DNA of 64,000 nucleotides from positions 930,001 to 994,000 of the forward strand of contig JAMWBK010000010.1 in assembly GCA_029953675.1 (NCBI GenBank), given 5' to 3'. Below are positions 60,688 through 64,000 of the stretch, in pieces. The position numbers and the translations under genes were made by a program. How positions within the stretch are numbered: position 1 is the stretch's first letter; each line of letters begins with the position of its first letter. Below the pieces are notes generated by a model, which had not been told where the DNA came from, did no database searches, and saw nothing but the letters and a program-made list of their open reading frames with translations. This DNA comes from Rhodosorus marinus CCMP1338 (taxonomy: Eukaryota > Plantae > Rhodophyta).

Positions 60688-63600
60688 GTTGTTCAAGTAC
60701 AGCAAATATCCGTTTGTCGGAAGAGAACCTTGCCTAACGTCCAAACCCGCCCTACCTCTCCTCTCTATAGTTTCCTCTCAATCTTACATATTCGCCTTCC
60801 CCGAAGCTTCAGCCCGGAACGATGGGCGTTTATATACATGCAACTCGTTTACCACAGTTCCGCTCCCTGGTAAACGATTGTGTGGGTATGGAACAGATAC
60901 GATAACATCTACCCTCCAAGTCCACGCTTTTTGTGTAACCAGATGCCCCTACCGTACGTTTCCCGGAGCAAAATCTTACCTTTTTTCGTTTTTTTTAGTC
61001 CTCTCCGAAGTCCACCCCAAAATGCATTGGCCATGGTTCGTGCTCCGCTTTCATCCTTTTTCATCCCTTTTTCATCATAAGAAAAACGACCCTCTTATAA
61101 GGAAAAAAGTCCGCCTGCGTAAAAAGATAAGAAACTCTATTTCAAAACCGTTGGAGAGAGAGTCCTCCGCGTTGTCGCAGCAAACACTGTCACTTGCCTC
61201 TCGAAGTAAGTCCAAAAACAGTCCACGTCCCCCCCAAAAAAATTGACAGGACACAGAGTATTTTGATAGATAAAACTATGAAATTATTAGAGCACAAGTT
61301 TTCTATCCATAACCTCCCCCCCCTCCTCCCTGCCTCCACCCCCTGTTTGATTCCAAAGTGACGGGGAGAACGACGACGAGCAGCTTTCTATTGGAATATT
61401 AGCCAACTTTTTTTTCTTTCGTCAATTTACCACTTCGGATGGATAGACAGGGGGTCGAAGCCCGATTGTATCCTCCGATGCTCCACAGTGATCCCGTTTT
61501 TATCATTCCGTGTAATTTTTTTTGTTCAAGGGAACATTTCAACCAATGAAAGTTCAAGATCTTCCCCCAGTTTGGAATAACATCTTCTAATGGGCAAAGG
61601 ATGGGAATTTTCGCTTTCTCGTAATTAGTAGATACGAGCGTGCTAACTGGGAAATAATAGAAAATTCATGGCAGCTGTCGGTTTTTAAAAAATCCCCACT
61701 TTTCTTACTTCAGAATTATTCAGTGACTCCGTCTACCGTCCTTCCGCGCCTGGACCAAAGAGATAGACCATCGATACAAGCTTTCCGTATACAATATTTT
61801 AGAAGAATTCAACTCGTGCAGCAAGACATTCTTCCAAAGCGATCTGAAAAAAACAACGCCTTCCAGATGGCAAACCAAACCGTACCGGCACCAAGAGGGC
61901 TTAGCCAAAAATTAAGTCCTTTTTTTTCATCAAATCATGTGCCCTTTTTTTTTGCTCTGACCGTGAGTTTTGTAAAATATGGTGTATTGACTTATTCTGG
62001 CTAATCTAAGTCATCTAAAAACTCGTTTTTTTAATATCTCCAAAATAAAGGACATAATAGAATCAATAAAGACTAAATAATGATAGACGCTATCGCGTGC
62101 AAGTTTCCCATATATCATACAAACCGCAGTACACTCCTACCGCCCCTCTCCCGGCTCCTTGCCGATCTTGTTAAATATTTTGTACTATCTTTGATGAATA
62201 AATGCTCTGGTCCTCGTTCCAGAGAGAGAGAGGGCTTGTAATATTTGGAGTCAACTTCAGTATCAACTGCCATTAATTGAATTGGCGACCAAATTCCCTG
62301 TTTCTCTGCGAAACAGAACATGCGTCGAAACTCGAGCAACTCCATTTCTTCATCGCTTCAAACAAAACAGGGTTCGAGCCAGAGGGCATTGAGGGTAGGA
62401 AGATGATTGGCTACATACAATTTTATCACGTTAATATCTCGTATTTGTGTGATCGATTTCTTAGAGTTTTTCGTCGCTGTGTGGCTTGGTCGAGGACCTT
62501 TATCGCAGAAAACCAGTCATAAATATAGCGAATTATGGGCTCAGCGTTTTATTGGCTTTGTGCACCTGGGGTGATGCTCCTTCAAGGGTGAGAGAACGGT
62601 CAGGAATCTTATCCTGTTTGTTTTTTAGAAATTCTTTTGTAAGAGCAGATTGCTTGCTTTCGGCACGATGCGTCTCGCAGTCTCCAGCTGAACTGTATTT
62701 TGCTCCCGGAGGGTGAGGGCAAATGCCCTCTAAAAGTTAAGACAAGCCTCGCCGTCGCAGAGAGAGGTCCTATACCTTTCAGACCGTCTTTCACTCTCTC
62801 GACTTCGCCTCGGACACAACCAACGATCGCCCGAAAATACTTCTCTATTGAATTATGAATGAATCGTGTGGAGTACGGCATATTGACTGATAAGCAGTCG
62901 AAATCCGGTTCTCTACTTGGAGCATTTTGTGTGATAACATCTCACGGAACAATGATTTAGAAATCCCTCTCAAGGCCACTACCCTCCAACTTTTTTTTGC
63001 TTACGCTCCCTGGCTACCTGGGGGGTGGCCGTAGGTCTTCTTGGAATGAACCCGGTTTGCTCTTTGTTGACTACTAATCAGTCAATAAAAAGTAATAAAC
63101 TCTCTCCAAGCTGGACAGGGGAACACTTGTTGGCCTGCTGCAGCCCCATTTCTATAGGGAAAAACTTCACTAGAAGTATTCCGTCCTCGGCCGTCCCGTT
63201 TTCTTCTTGAGTACTTCCAGTGTTTAGCGGGGAGGACAGGGAAAGGTGGTCAACAGTCAAGATTAGCGTTTGGCGAATGGATTCGATCTATCAAGTATAA
63301 ATGAATAATGATAATTTAACTTGCTCGCGGTTTTCTTACTGGCACTGAGAACCGCAGTAAATGTAATAATATTTCAAGCGGCTGTGCGTCCCCTGGTTTA
63401 CTGGTTTGCGGGCCTTGGTCTCGTGGAAAGGCCTTCGGCTAGTACTTCGTAGCGTTTAGTACAAACCAAGTGTTTTTTATCGTGAAAATAAAAAAATCCT
63501 ACATTTTGCATTTGGTGTATGAAGGACAATGCAATGTGACATCAGGAGCTCTCCTCCATAGGACAAGTAGTTCAAGACGGTCATCCCGCATCCATAAGCT

Positions 63601-64000
63601 TCTACTAGGATCCCCTTTTTGGATTGCTTTCATATGTGTAGTCGCCTTTTTTGTTTGACTGCGATGTGTAAACTTAATTGTGACACGCCCACGGACTGTT
63701 GATTGATTGAATTCTACAATCATTCGTTTGAGCAGAACTAAAAATATTTGACTTTTTTGAATTAGCTTAAGATGGTGATCGTTGAGGCGCGCAGGGTACA
63801 AAAATCCTAAGCATGAGCTCCCGGCCTGGTCGCTTACTCAAAATAACAAGTTCCAGGAGGCAGAAGAAGTGGCTGTGGCATTCCATTTCAGATTGATACG
63901 GAGCCACTAAAGAAATTGAAAAAGTTCGAAAAGTCAAATCCGTGTTTTAGGTGAAAAACCATATAACTTGAATAACTTCCACCGGGATCTGAAAAGGAAT

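Noticed and set aside
63499-63801. SRP14-like look of IFLVLLKRMIVEFNQSTVRGRVTIKF
   Set aside because: No ATG start, the SRP14 C-terminal half is absent, and the similarity is too short.

Overview
This is eukaryotic nuclear DNA, gene-dense, with about 20 recognisable genes, many split by short (roughly 65-175 nt) GT-AG introns. Several proteins carry simple N-terminal plastid-transit-like leaders (M-x-G-F-V type) with no bipartite signal peptide, which suggests a red alga (inference). Recognisable genes in order: DUF3598-like beta-barrel protein, organellar PheRS-alpha, CCDC6-like coiled coil, chorismate synthase, HCF107/Mbb1-like HAT protein, ArgRS, PAT1, TAF8, RPL24, UMP-CMP kinase, CrtI-type desaturase, AP2 factor, DUF4864-like protein, PP2C, acetate kinase, PDAT, a small coiled-coil protein, two tail-to-tail PPR paralogues and a C2H2 protein. 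I found no rRNA, complete tRNA or CRISPR array. Most notable observations: (1) a three-copy inverted-plus-tandem repeat at 7.35-7.86 kb that could fold into a ~140 bp hairpin; (2) a stand-alone mini-gene resembling the N-terminal leucine zipper of metazoan ArgRS; (3) bacterial-type crtI and ackA; (4) a convergent PPR pair with a poly-Lys head and acidic tail; (5) an intergenic hairpin that may be an ncRNA. All family assignments come from motif recognition by eye, not database searches, and many gene ends depend on manually inferred splicing.
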